NCBI RefSeq assembly: GCF_900753045.1
Contig: NZ_CAADXO010000012.1
Coordinates: 36,588-100,587, forward strand
Length of the DNA stretch: 64,000 nucleotides
DNA from: an uncultured Phascolarctobacterium sp.
GTDB lineage: Bacteria > Bacillota > Negativicutes > Acidaminococcales > Acidaminococcaceae
Reading direction: 5' to 3'
Position 1 is the stretch's first letter, and every line of letters begins with the position of its first letter. The position numbers and the translations under genes were made by a program. The notes beneath the pieces were generated by a model, which saw nothing but the letters and a program-made list of their open reading frames with translations, was not told the DNA's origin and did no database searches. Positions 1 to 7,549 of this stretch are shown here, in pieces.

Positions 1-258
1 CGCACTACGAACCTGCCACTAAAGCGAGGCTTCATATTCGGCTCGTTGATGGGCATACCACGGTCGAGCATATCTTCAAGCCAGAGACCTTTTACCTCCA
101 AGATATTTTTGTATGCTTCCTCAAAGGTTTCGCCATCACTCCAACAACCGGGGAGCAGGGGAATACAGGCGAAGTAACCGCCGCCTTCGTCCTCAGGAAT
201 AACGCTGATTTCAACAGGATAATTTAAGGACATGTAATAGTTAAAGTCTTTTTTCATC
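1..258 (-). CDS. hicB: HicB-family antitoxin (UPF0150/RNase-H-like fold), partial; the ORF runs off the window start
   Basis: Reverse-strand ORF starting at ATG 258 translates MKKDFNYYMSLNYPVEISVIPEDEGGGYFACIPLLPGCWSDGETFEEAYKNILEVKGLWLED..., a typical HicB N-terminal domain. It lies directly downstream of hicA on the same strand. Not in the ORF table because it is truncated by the window edge. Confidence 0.6.
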
Positions 259-267
259 TGTTTCACC

Positions 268-510
268 TTAACCTTTCACTAAATCGTTCAATAAATCTGC
301 AATCTGACGTGCATAGATTTTTTTGATGGAGCCTTTGTGTACAGGGATGTACATTGTACTGTATCCTTTGCAAACAATTTTAAAATGACTGCCACCACCA
401 CGCGGAGGAATGACTTCAGCTCCTAGCCTTTCTAAAAGAGCTTTGGTCTGGTCCCAAGGCAAATCCTTTCCGTTGGCCAGAGCGCGGAGTTTTTTCTCGA
501 GGGATGTCAT
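268..510 (-). CDS. hicA: HicA-family mRNA interferase toxin
   Basis: 80 aa with the GSHFKI...KGYSTMYIPVHKG...IKKIYARQI pattern typical of HicA (YcfA-like). Sits immediately upstream of the hicB-like ORF on the same strand. Confidence 0.65.
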   Translation of the reverse strand: MTSLEKKLRALANGKDLPWDQTKALLERLGAEVIPPRGGGSHFKIVCKGYSTMYIPVHKGSIKKIYARQIADLLNDLVKG

Positions 511-557
511 ATTATACCTTCTTTCTTTATGATACTATATATAGTATAAAATATCAA

Positions 558-606
558 CAAAAAAATGGCTGTTACGTACTTCATTACGAAATTCGTAACA
601 GCCATT
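558..606 (-). terminator. Rho-independent terminator after cstA
   Basis: Inverted repeat AATGGCTGTTACG...CGTAACAGCCATT with an adjacent A7 run on the plus strand (T7 on the minus strand), just 3' of the cstA stop. Confidence 0.5.
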
Positions 607-643
607 GAACACGTTCAGTGTTTAATGCTTATAGCATATTTTA

Positions 644-2269
644 TTATTTTGCACCACCGAAGAGATACTTTCTTGATTCCAGGAACAGTGCAATTGCCAG
701 GATGAAGAGTACAGAACCCAATGCAGCGGTAATGATATGAGTTGCCATGTTAGCGAAGATGATTTGTGCCAATGCAACCAAAGTTACACAGAACATAAAT
801 GCCATCGGGATGAGAACCATCAGGTTGTCACGGCCAACGCTCTTCAGCCATACACCGACAGCCAACAGGGAGAGGGCAGCCAACAGCTGGTTAGCAGCAC
901 CGAAGATCGGCCAGATGGTGAGGTAGGAACCAAGGGACATATAACCGGACAGTACAACGGTAATCAGAGTAGCAACAAACGGGTTGGTGAGAACGTTGCC
1001 TTGAGCTTCACCGGTTTTCGGATCAACCTTAGTGAACAGCTCCTGGAAAATGAAGCGGCCCAGACGGGTTGCGGTATCAAGAGTAGTCATAGCGAAAGCG
1101 GAGATGGTCAGAGCAACGAAGCCTTTAGCAACGCCGAAGGAGAAGCCGAGCTTGGTCATGAAGGTACCAACGCCGTCAGCGAATACGTTTACAGGACCGC
1201 CATGCTTCAGCAGGTCGGTCAGCTTGTCGCCGCCAACATAGCCAACAGCAACAACTGCAACTACAGCCAGAACGCCTTCAAGCAGCATGGAGCCGTAGCC
1301 GATGAGCTTAGCATTGCCTTCGTTGTCGAGCTGTTTGGAGGTAGTACCGGAGGATACCAGGGAGTGGAAGCCACTGATAGCACCGCAGGCAACGGTTACG
1401 AACAGCATCGGGAACATCGGGTTAGTGCCTTTGCCGGAAGGATCAAAGGTGGTGAATGCCGGCAGCTGCATGGAAGGCTGATAAATTGCGATACCAACCA
1501 GAGCGAATGCGATGCAGGCATACAGCAGGAAGGAGTTCAGATAGTCACGCGGTTGCAGCAGAATCCAAACAGGAGCGATGGAAGCAACGAAGATGTAAAC
1601 CATCAGGATGCAAACCCAAACGTTTTTGGACAGGTGCAGCGGATACATGTTGCCGATAGCAATTGCAACAACCAGCATGATAACACCGATAACGGTGCCT
1701 ACGCCGAGGCTCAGGCCGCAGCGATATACAGAGAAGCCGAATACAACAGCCAGCAAGATGAACAGCAGGGAAGCGGTTGCAGCCTGCGGGCTTGCTACGA
1801 AGGTAGCGGCTACGATGTTAGCGAAAGCAGCGATAACAACCAGCAGAGTTACATATGCGAAAATGGAGAAGAGGAACTTGCCGCTCTTGCCCAAAGTTGC
1901 ATCGATAATCTGGCCGATGGTTTTGCCGTCAAAACGAATGGAGGAGTACAGAGCACCAAAGTCGTGTACGCCGCCGAAGAAGATACTGCCGATTAAAATC
2001 CACAGCATTACAGGAACCCAACCGAATACAGCAGCGGTGATAGGACCAACGATAGGACCGGCACCGGCGATGGAGGAGAAGTGATGGCCCATCAATACAG
2101 CGGGCTTGGTCGGCATATAGTCGACGTTATCGCACAATCTCTCAGCCGGAGTCTTACGGGTAGGGTCAACACCCCACTTTTTACACAGCCAGGAACCATA
2201 GGTTACGTAGGCAACAAAGAAGATAACCATTGAGCCTACAAGCAACAATAAACCACTCATAAATAACAT
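644..2269 (-). CDS. cstA: Carbon starvation protein A (CstA-family peptide/pyruvate transporter)
   Basis: 541-aa polytopic membrane protein. The N-terminal pattern ...YGSWL..WGVDP...TPA.. and the overall hydrophobic architecture match the CstA family. Confidence 0.85.
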   Translation of the reverse strand: MLFMSGLLLLVGSMVIFFVAYVTYGSWLCKKWGVDPTRKTPAERLCDNVDYMPTKPAVLMGHHFSSIAGAGPIVGPITAAVFGWVPVMLWILIGSIFFGGVHDFGALYSSIRFDGKTIGQIIDATLGKSGKFLFSIFAYVTLLVVIAAFANIVAATFVASPQAATASLLFILLAVVFGFSVYRCGLSLGVGTVIGVIMLVVAIAIGNMYPLHLSKNVWVCILMVYIFVASIAPVWILLQPRDYLNSFLLYACIAFALVGIAIYQPSMQLPAFTTFDPSGKGTNPMFPMLFVTVACGAISGFHSLVSSGTTSKQLDNEGNAKLIGYGSMLLEGVLAVVAVVAVGYVGGDKLTDLLKHGGPVNVFADGVGTFMTKLGFSFGVAKGFVALTISAFAMTTLDTATRLGRFIFQELFTKVDPKTGEAQGNVLTNPFVATLITVVLSGYMSLGSYLTIWPIFGAANQLLAALSLLAVGVWLKSVGRDNLMVLIPMAFMFCVTLVALAQIIFANMATHIITAALGSVLFILAIALFLESRKYLFGGAK

Positions 2270-2529
2270 CCTTTCTTTCCCTTTTGCATCATTGCAAAAT
2301 AAATAATTTAGAAAATGATAACTACTAGTGCACTCTATATCTTATGTGCAATATAGAAATAGTATACCACATTTAGGCTTGTTGTCAACGAATTGTCACA
2401 GAATTATTTATTAACTTAAAAAAGCGCAAAAGCTGTTAAGATTTGTACAGATTGTGCAAATGCTTAACAGCCGAAAGATTTTAAGCGTTTCCTCGGAGGA
2501 ACAAATTGTTTCGTATGAATTGACAGAGG

Positions 2530-3027
2530 TCAACCTTTTGCAAACTCAAAAATAGCCTTTTCTTTAGCGCCTGCTTTGTTGCAATAAAGCCTCTGCGCAG
2601 GGATATCTACGAGGTACAAAGCCAGGTCGGACCAGCCCTTCAGCGTGAAGCAGTAGTCCTTGTGCTGCCTGAGCTTCTGCAGGTCTGCCAAAGCCTTTTC
2701 TTCAATGCCATCTTCACAGATGAGCACGAGGGCATAGATACTGCTCATGTGCTCGGTAGTGGTTTTGAGCGCTGCCATAGCGTCTTTGGTGAACTGCAGG
2801 TAGGGGGCAACCATGTCCGCAGTCAGCTTTTTGTCGAAGTGCGTAGCATAAAGATATTCATTATGCTGCACGCTGTAGGTCTTTAGCGTAGGCACGATGA
2901 AATAGCCCTCGTCCGCAGCGTTAAGCTCTGCTGCAAGGACGAACGCCGGCGCTTGCGGCAAGGGCTTCTTATCATAATAGTGAGCAAGACGCTGCTCTAA
3001 TTGCTGTAAATATTCTTGACCGTTCAT
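2530..3027 (-). CDS. Hypothetical protein
   Basis: 165-aa ORF with a coding-like GC profile and no motif I recognise. Confidence 0.45.
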   Translation of the reverse strand: MNGQEYLQQLEQRLAHYYDKKPLPQAPAFVLAAELNAADEGYFIVPTLKTYSVQHNEYLYATHFDKKLTADMVAPYLQFTKDAMAALKTTTEHMSSIYALVLICEDGIEEKALADLQKLRQHKDYCFTLKGWSDLALYLVDIPAQRLYCNKAGAKEKAIFEFAKG

Positions 3028-3277
3028 TGTTGGGTACTTCCTTTGCGTTTGATAGCTTTTAGTATAAGCTATCAGCCGGCTTTTGTCCAGTATTGCCGTT
3101 TTTACGGCTTGTACAGGCTTCTTTGGCGTTTCTACACAGATTCGCTTTATATAATAGGATATGAATGTTCTTAAAATGCTACAATTATGAAAAAAATTTC
3201 GATAACTGATGACAATTACCGCAATTAAAGCTATAATAGGTATATAAACAAAAAATTATTTTATGAGGTGACATACA

Positions 3278-3853
3278 ATGCAATTTCCGATAGTTTTAGG
3301 TGTTTCTGCACGTCACGCACATCTGTGCCGTGAGCATATGGATATTTTATTTGGTGAAGGCAGCGAGCTGCACGTTAAAAAGGCAATCGGCCAGCCTGGT
3401 CAGTTTGCTTCCGAAGAACAGATTACCATGGTAACTCCCAAGGATTCCATGAAGCTGCGTATCATCGGTCCTCTGCGTCCGGAAACCCAGATTGAGCTTT
3501 CCCTGACCGACGCACGCAAGGTTGGCCTGGATGCTCCTATCCGCAACAGCGGCGACATCGCAGGCAGTGCAGGCGCTAAGCTCATCGGTCCGAAGGGCGA
3601 GCTGGAGCTGAAAGAGGGTATTATCATCGCAGCACGTCACGTGCATCTGTATCCGGAAACCGCTGAAAAATACGGCCTGAAGGATGGCGATATCGTTGAT
3701 ATCCAAACAGAGGGCGAGCGTTCCGTAACTATGCATAATGTTCTGGTACGTGCGGGCGTAAAGCATGCCGATGAGGTTCATATCGACACTGACGAAGCTA
3801 ATGCCTGCAACCTGGGCAGCGGCGTGATGGTTAACATCGTCTACAATAAATAA
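3278..3853 (+). CDS. pduL: Phosphate propanoyl/acetyl-transferase, PduL/EutD type
   Basis: Two copies of the PduL signature around ARH(A/V)HL: GVSARHAHLCREH near the N-terminus and IIAARHVHLYPE in the second half. Size is about 190 aa. Confidence 0.7.
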   Translation: MQFPIVLGVSARHAHLCREHMDILFGEGSELHVKKAIGQPGQFASEEQITMVTPKDSMKLRIIGPLRPETQIELSLTDARKVGLDAPIRNSGDIAGSAGAKLIGPKGELELKEGIIIAARHVHLYPETAEKYGLKDGDIVDIQTEGERSVTMHNVLVRAGVKHADEVHIDTDEANACNLGSGVMVNIVYNK

Positions 3854-3888
3854 TTCCACCGTTTTTCCAACAAAAGGATGGTGAGTAT

Positions 3889-5376
3889 ATGAAAAAAATT
3901 ACAGCCTTGGCAGCAGCACTTGTTTTGTGCGCTGCACATGCTTCAGCCTATGAAAACAGCTACGCAGGCTACAGCGTTAAGGACGGACAGCCTTACTATA
4001 AGCTGGAAGCGAAGAAGGTTTATGCGTATACCAATATCAGCAGCAAAAAGGTTTATCAGGATGAAGAGGATTTAAAAAATACCGCTGTCAACATCGTTAA
4101 CTATTACACAGCAGAGGATATGGAGCAGATTTTGGGCGATAAATTCTCTACTGCTTATTTTGATGCGGAATATGAGAAGCTGGCGCTCTTGGAGCGTTCC
4201 CAGCTTAATCCGAAAACTGTACCTGCGCCGCTGCTGGAGCTTGATAAATATGCCGAGCATGACAGTAACGGCAATCTGACGATTCAGAGCAAGGTGCTGA
4301 AGGAAAAGCTGGAAAAGCTTACGCCTCTTATTAAGACAGGAAAAATTGCCGGCAAAAAAGCGATAACTATTTCTTACCTATATAAACAGGGTGATGTGCT
4401 GGTTAAAATTGATACCAGCCTTGTTTCTGCCAACGACAGACTTTATCTGCTGTCTACCGTAAATACGGACCAGGATCTTTACGCACCCAAGAAGGACGAA
4501 AAAGATGCTGATACCGATGTGGATATTGATGATATCGATACTGACGAAGAAAGCGACGAAAATGACGAAGCAAAGACCGAGTCCAAGGATGCTGCTTCCA
4601 CAAAGGAAGATATGGAAAAGGCTCTGGAGGTTGAGAATGTTTTTGTCCGCGATGTACCGGCAGAAACAATGCAGCGCTTTGATAAAGCACACACTGATCT
4701 GCTGAAGGGCTTTAAGGCTTTTGCTCCGACAAGCACGCCGAAGGCCATCAGCTTTACTGATACTGCAGTCGGCAAAAGTGTGCAACTGCCGGATGACTGG
4801 TTCTACGGCCAGTTGAATCTCAAATACAAGGATAAGGGCACCTTTTACCTGACTTTGGCTTCTTCGATGAAGGAAATGCAGGAGGTTGCCGCTAATACTG
4901 ATTATGACAGCATTTATTCCGTATTATCTATTCCGCAGGCTGACCCCGAATACCAGAAGAAGGTTACGGAGCTTTACAGCAGCGGTGCGCGTAATGTTCT
5001 GGAGCATTGGAATCATCTGCTGATTACTGCCAGTGTTGACAACATTACCGACGCTGAAATCAAGGAGCTTCTTTCAACGCCTGTTGCCAACAGACTTGCT
5101 GTCGAGAGCTTTATCTCCGAAGGTCTGCAGCGCATGAAAGGCTTTAGCAACGAATACTTTGCTTTGAAGGATTATAAGACAAATTTTGACTTCACTCAAG
5201 AAAAAGCGCTCATCGACATCAGCGCTGATACCGATTTGCTGAAGGATTTTGCTTATAACAACAAAATTTTGCTGAGCTGCAACCAAAAAGCTGCTACAGC
5301 GATGCTTTTTATCAAAAAAACCGACGTTGAGACAGAAAAAAGCCTTGAACAGCAAGTAAACGAATGGCACTTTTAA
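3889..5376 (+). CDS. Secreted protein with an acidic low-complexity tract
   Basis: N-terminal signal peptide MKKITALAAALVLCAAHASA. Internal D/E-rich stretch DEKDADTDVDIDDIDTDEESDENDEAK. RBS GGTGAG precedes the ATG. Confidence 0.55.
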   Translation: MKKITALAAALVLCAAHASAYENSYAGYSVKDGQPYYKLEAKKVYAYTNISSKKVYQDEEDLKNTAVNIVNYYTAEDMEQILGDKFSTAYFDAEYEKLALLERSQLNPKTVPAPLLELDKYAEHDSNGNLTIQSKVLKEKLEKLTPLIKTGKIAGKKAITISYLYKQGDVLVKIDTSLVSANDRLYLLSTVNTDQDLYAPKKDEKDADTDVDIDDIDTDEESDENDEAKTESKDAASTKEDMEKALEVENVFVRDVPAETMQRFDKAHTDLLKGFKAFAPTSTPKAISFTDTAVGKSVQLPDDWFYGQLNLKYKDKGTFYLTLASSMKEMQEVAANTDYDSIYSVLSIPQADPEYQKKVTELYSSGARNVLEHWNHLLITASVDNITDAEIKELLSTPVANRLAVESFISEGLQRMKGFSNEYFALKDYKTNFDFTQEKALIDISADTDLLKDFAYNNKILLSCNQKAATAMLFIKKTDVETEKSLEQQVNEWHF

Positions 5377-5648
5377 TTACACAGGTGCAATGAATTGCAG
5401 TGCATGAAAATCTCACGTTTGAGAAAAGGAAAATTTAACATAATATACATTATCGGACGTAAAATATTATTTTGCAGTCTCTGCGCTAAAAAGGCAGCAT
5501 TATAGATATAGTTATTTCCCGACTGAGGAAAATGCTGAAAAAAGCGTCAGATTATGATAATTTTTCGCTTTTTGCTCCTCCCCCGAAGGTTTTAAGAAGC
5601 TTTTAGCGTTTTTTATGTTAAATTAGCCACCGTGCGCACTGCTGTTTG

Positions 5649-5676
5649 ACGAAATTACTTTTATCTGTTATAATTT
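5649..5676 (+). promoter_or_regulatory. Sigma-70-like promoter upstream of lexA
   Basis: TTGACG, then 17 bp, then TATAAT, about 40 bp upstream of the lexA RBS (GGAGGG). Confidence 0.4.
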
Positions 5677-5715
5677 GTATAAGGTAACTATAAACACATG
5701 ATTGGAGGGTCTAAA

Positions 5716-6381
5716 ATGGGAAGAAGAAAAGCACTCCCGCCGGACTTTGATGGCAACTATACCGAAGATATGTTGTCTGAACGCCAACGTAACATTTTGA
5801 AATTCGTCCGTACTTTTATTAATCATAAGGGTTATCCGCCTGCTGTACGCGAAATCGGTGCAGCAGTAGGTTTATCCTCCAGTGCTAGCGTGCATAATCA
5901 TCTGAAGAAGCTGCAGGAGTATGGTTTCATTCAGCGTGATGCTGCCAAACCGCGTGCTCTGGAGCTGATGAGCGAGAGCGATGCCTGGAGAAACAAACTC
6001 CTTGTTCCGGTACCGCTGGTTGGCAAGGTTACTGCAGGTGTTCCTATTCTTGCTGTCGAGAACATTGAAGAGACCTATCCTATTCCTCGCGACCTGATTG
6101 GCTGCGACGATGATGTTTTCATGCTTTCCGTATGCGGTGACAGCATGATTAACGCAGGTATTCTGGATCATGACTACATTATTGCACGTAAGCAGAATTT
6201 TGCTAATAACGGCGATATTGTCGTTGCCCTGATTGACGGCGAGGAAACCACCGTTAAGCGTTACTTCCGCGAGCTGCGCAGTGTGCGCCTGCAGCCGGAA
6301 AACGATAAGTACGAGCCGATTGTTGGTTCTGACAACATTAAGGTGCTTGGCAAGGTTATTTCTGTATTCCGCATGCTCTAA
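5716..6381 (+). CDS. lexA: LexA repressor (SOS regulator, S24 autopeptidase)
   Basis: N-terminal winged HTH (RQRNILKFVRTF...GYPPAVREIGAAVGLSSSASVHNHLKKLQEYGFIQR). C-terminal S24 peptidase with the cleavage-site region VPLVGKVTAGVP, catalytic Ser in CGDSM and Lys in TVKRY. Start chosen at the ATG with GGAGGG 7 nt upstream; the ORF table starts 18 nt earlier. Confidence 0.85.
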   Translation: MGRRKALPPDFDGNYTEDMLSERQRNILKFVRTFINHKGYPPAVREIGAAVGLSSSASVHNHLKKLQEYGFIQRDAAKPRALELMSESDAWRNKLLVPVPLVGKVTAGVPILAVENIEETYPIPRDLIGCDDDVFMLSVCGDSMINAGILDHDYIIARKQNFANNGDIVVALIDGEETTVKRYFRELRSVRLQPENDKYEPIVGSDNIKVLGKVISVFRML

Positions 6382-6442
6382 TAGCTTGACTGTAAAATGC
6401 ATGTAAAATGATGTCACTTTAGCGTCATATATGAAAAACAGC

Positions 6443-6472
6443 TCTTTACAGAGCTGTTTTTTTGTTATATAT
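6443..6472. terminator. Hairpin plus T-run terminator after lexA
   Basis: AAAAACAGCTCTTTACAGAGCTGTTTTTTT. Confidence 0.5.
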
Positions 6473-6519
6473 TATAGTTATGAATATGTGTAAACGATTT
6501 TTACAAGGAGATGACGCTT

Positions 6520-7455
6520 ATGTTACATCCATCTACTGATATTATCATGAACGCCCAGCAATTCTTTGCTGCGGACCAGAGCGAGGCGAATCTGGTTAAG
6601 CTGCTGCATGCAGTCAGCATTGTGCTGCAGGAAGGTGCCGAGGTGCTCATTCCTACTGCTGCCGATGCGCCGGAGGGCCAGCTGCTGCTGCAGACGCAGA
6701 CTACGGAAAGCGGCCTGGAATATATGACTGCTTTCAGCAGCAAGGAGGCCTACGAGCAGGGCGAGCCTTGCAACGTTATCAGCCGTCCTTTGGTCAACTA
6801 TTTTGAAGCTATCCTGCAAATGGATGGCATTGCGGGTATTATCTTTAACCCTGCTTCCCCCGCTCCCTTCAATATCCAAAACCAGATGATCAAAGAGCTG
6901 CTGGATGATGCCAAGAAGAACAAGCAGCAGAACGCTATTTCCGTTTGGCGCGGTGATATAACTACGCTGGACTGCGACGCGATTGTCAATGCTGCCAACA
7001 GCACGCTTTTAGGCGGCGGTGGCGTTGATGGTGCTATTCACAGCGCTGCAGGACCGCAGCTTTTGGAGGAATGCAAAACCTTAGGCGGCTGCACAACCGG
7101 TGCTGCTAAGATTACCTATGGCTATAACCTGCCTGCAAGCTACATTATTCATACAGTAGGCCCTATTTATAACGGTAAGGTTGAACAAAGACTGGAGCTG
7201 GCCGACTGCTACAAGAACAGCCTGGACCTGGCGCGCAAGCATCATCTGCACAGCATTGCTTTCCCGGCGATTTCTACCGGTGTTTATGCTTATCCTGTGG
7301 ATGAGGCTGCCCGTATCGCTCTTTTGACCTGCACCGAATGGATTAACGCCAACGCTGACTATGGCATGAGTGTTGTGCTGACCTGCTTCAACAGCGGCGT
7401 TTATAACGCTTATCAGGAGCTTGTTAAAAAGGCGCAAAGCGGCGAGCTGGACTAA
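6520..7455 (+). CDS. Macro-domain protein (ADP-ribose/O-acetyl-ADP-ribose processing) with an N-terminal SseB-like domain
   Basis: C-terminal half has macro-domain motifs DAIVNAANSTLLGGGGVDGAIH, IHTVGP and SIAFPAISTGVYAYP. The N-terminal 140 aa resemble an SseB-N-like domain. Start at the ATG 9 nt after AAGGAG. Confidence 0.7.
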   Translation: MLHPSTDIIMNAQQFFAADQSEANLVKLLHAVSIVLQEGAEVLIPTAADAPEGQLLLQTQTTESGLEYMTAFSSKEAYEQGEPCNVISRPLVNYFEAILQMDGIAGIIFNPASPAPFNIQNQMIKELLDDAKKNKQQNAISVWRGDITTLDCDAIVNAANSTLLGGGGVDGAIHSAAGPQLLEECKTLGGCTTGAAKITYGYNLPASYIIHTVGPIYNGKVEQRLELADCYKNSLDLARKHHLHSIAFPAISTGVYAYPVDEAARIALLTCTEWINANADYGMSVVLTCFNSGVYNAYQELVKKAQSGELD

Positions 7456-7478
7456 TTTAACAGTGCTTTTATGTACGA

Positions 7479-7513
7479 CAAAACCCGTGACTTCTTTCGG
7501 AGGTCACGGGTTT
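7479..7513. terminator. Bidirectional terminator between convergent genes
   Basis: AAACCCGTGACTTCTTTCGGAGGTCACGGGTTTTT. Confidence 0.5.
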
Positions 7514-7549
7514 TTCTTAGCTTTGGCGTAAGCTTAACAGCGTACAGAT

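Noticed and set aside
737-1996. 419-aa plus-strand ORF
   Set aside because: Lies entirely antisense to cstA, which has clear family features. Composition is biased (Q/N/S-rich) and typical of an antisense frame in a GC-rich gene.
3347-3859. 170-aa minus-strand ORF
   Set aside because: Antisense to the PduL-like gene, which has duplicated signature motifs.
5560-5720. Search for a Cheo/LexA box (GAAC-N4-GTTC) upstream of lexA
   Set aside because: No match was seen by eye. It is not reported as a feature.
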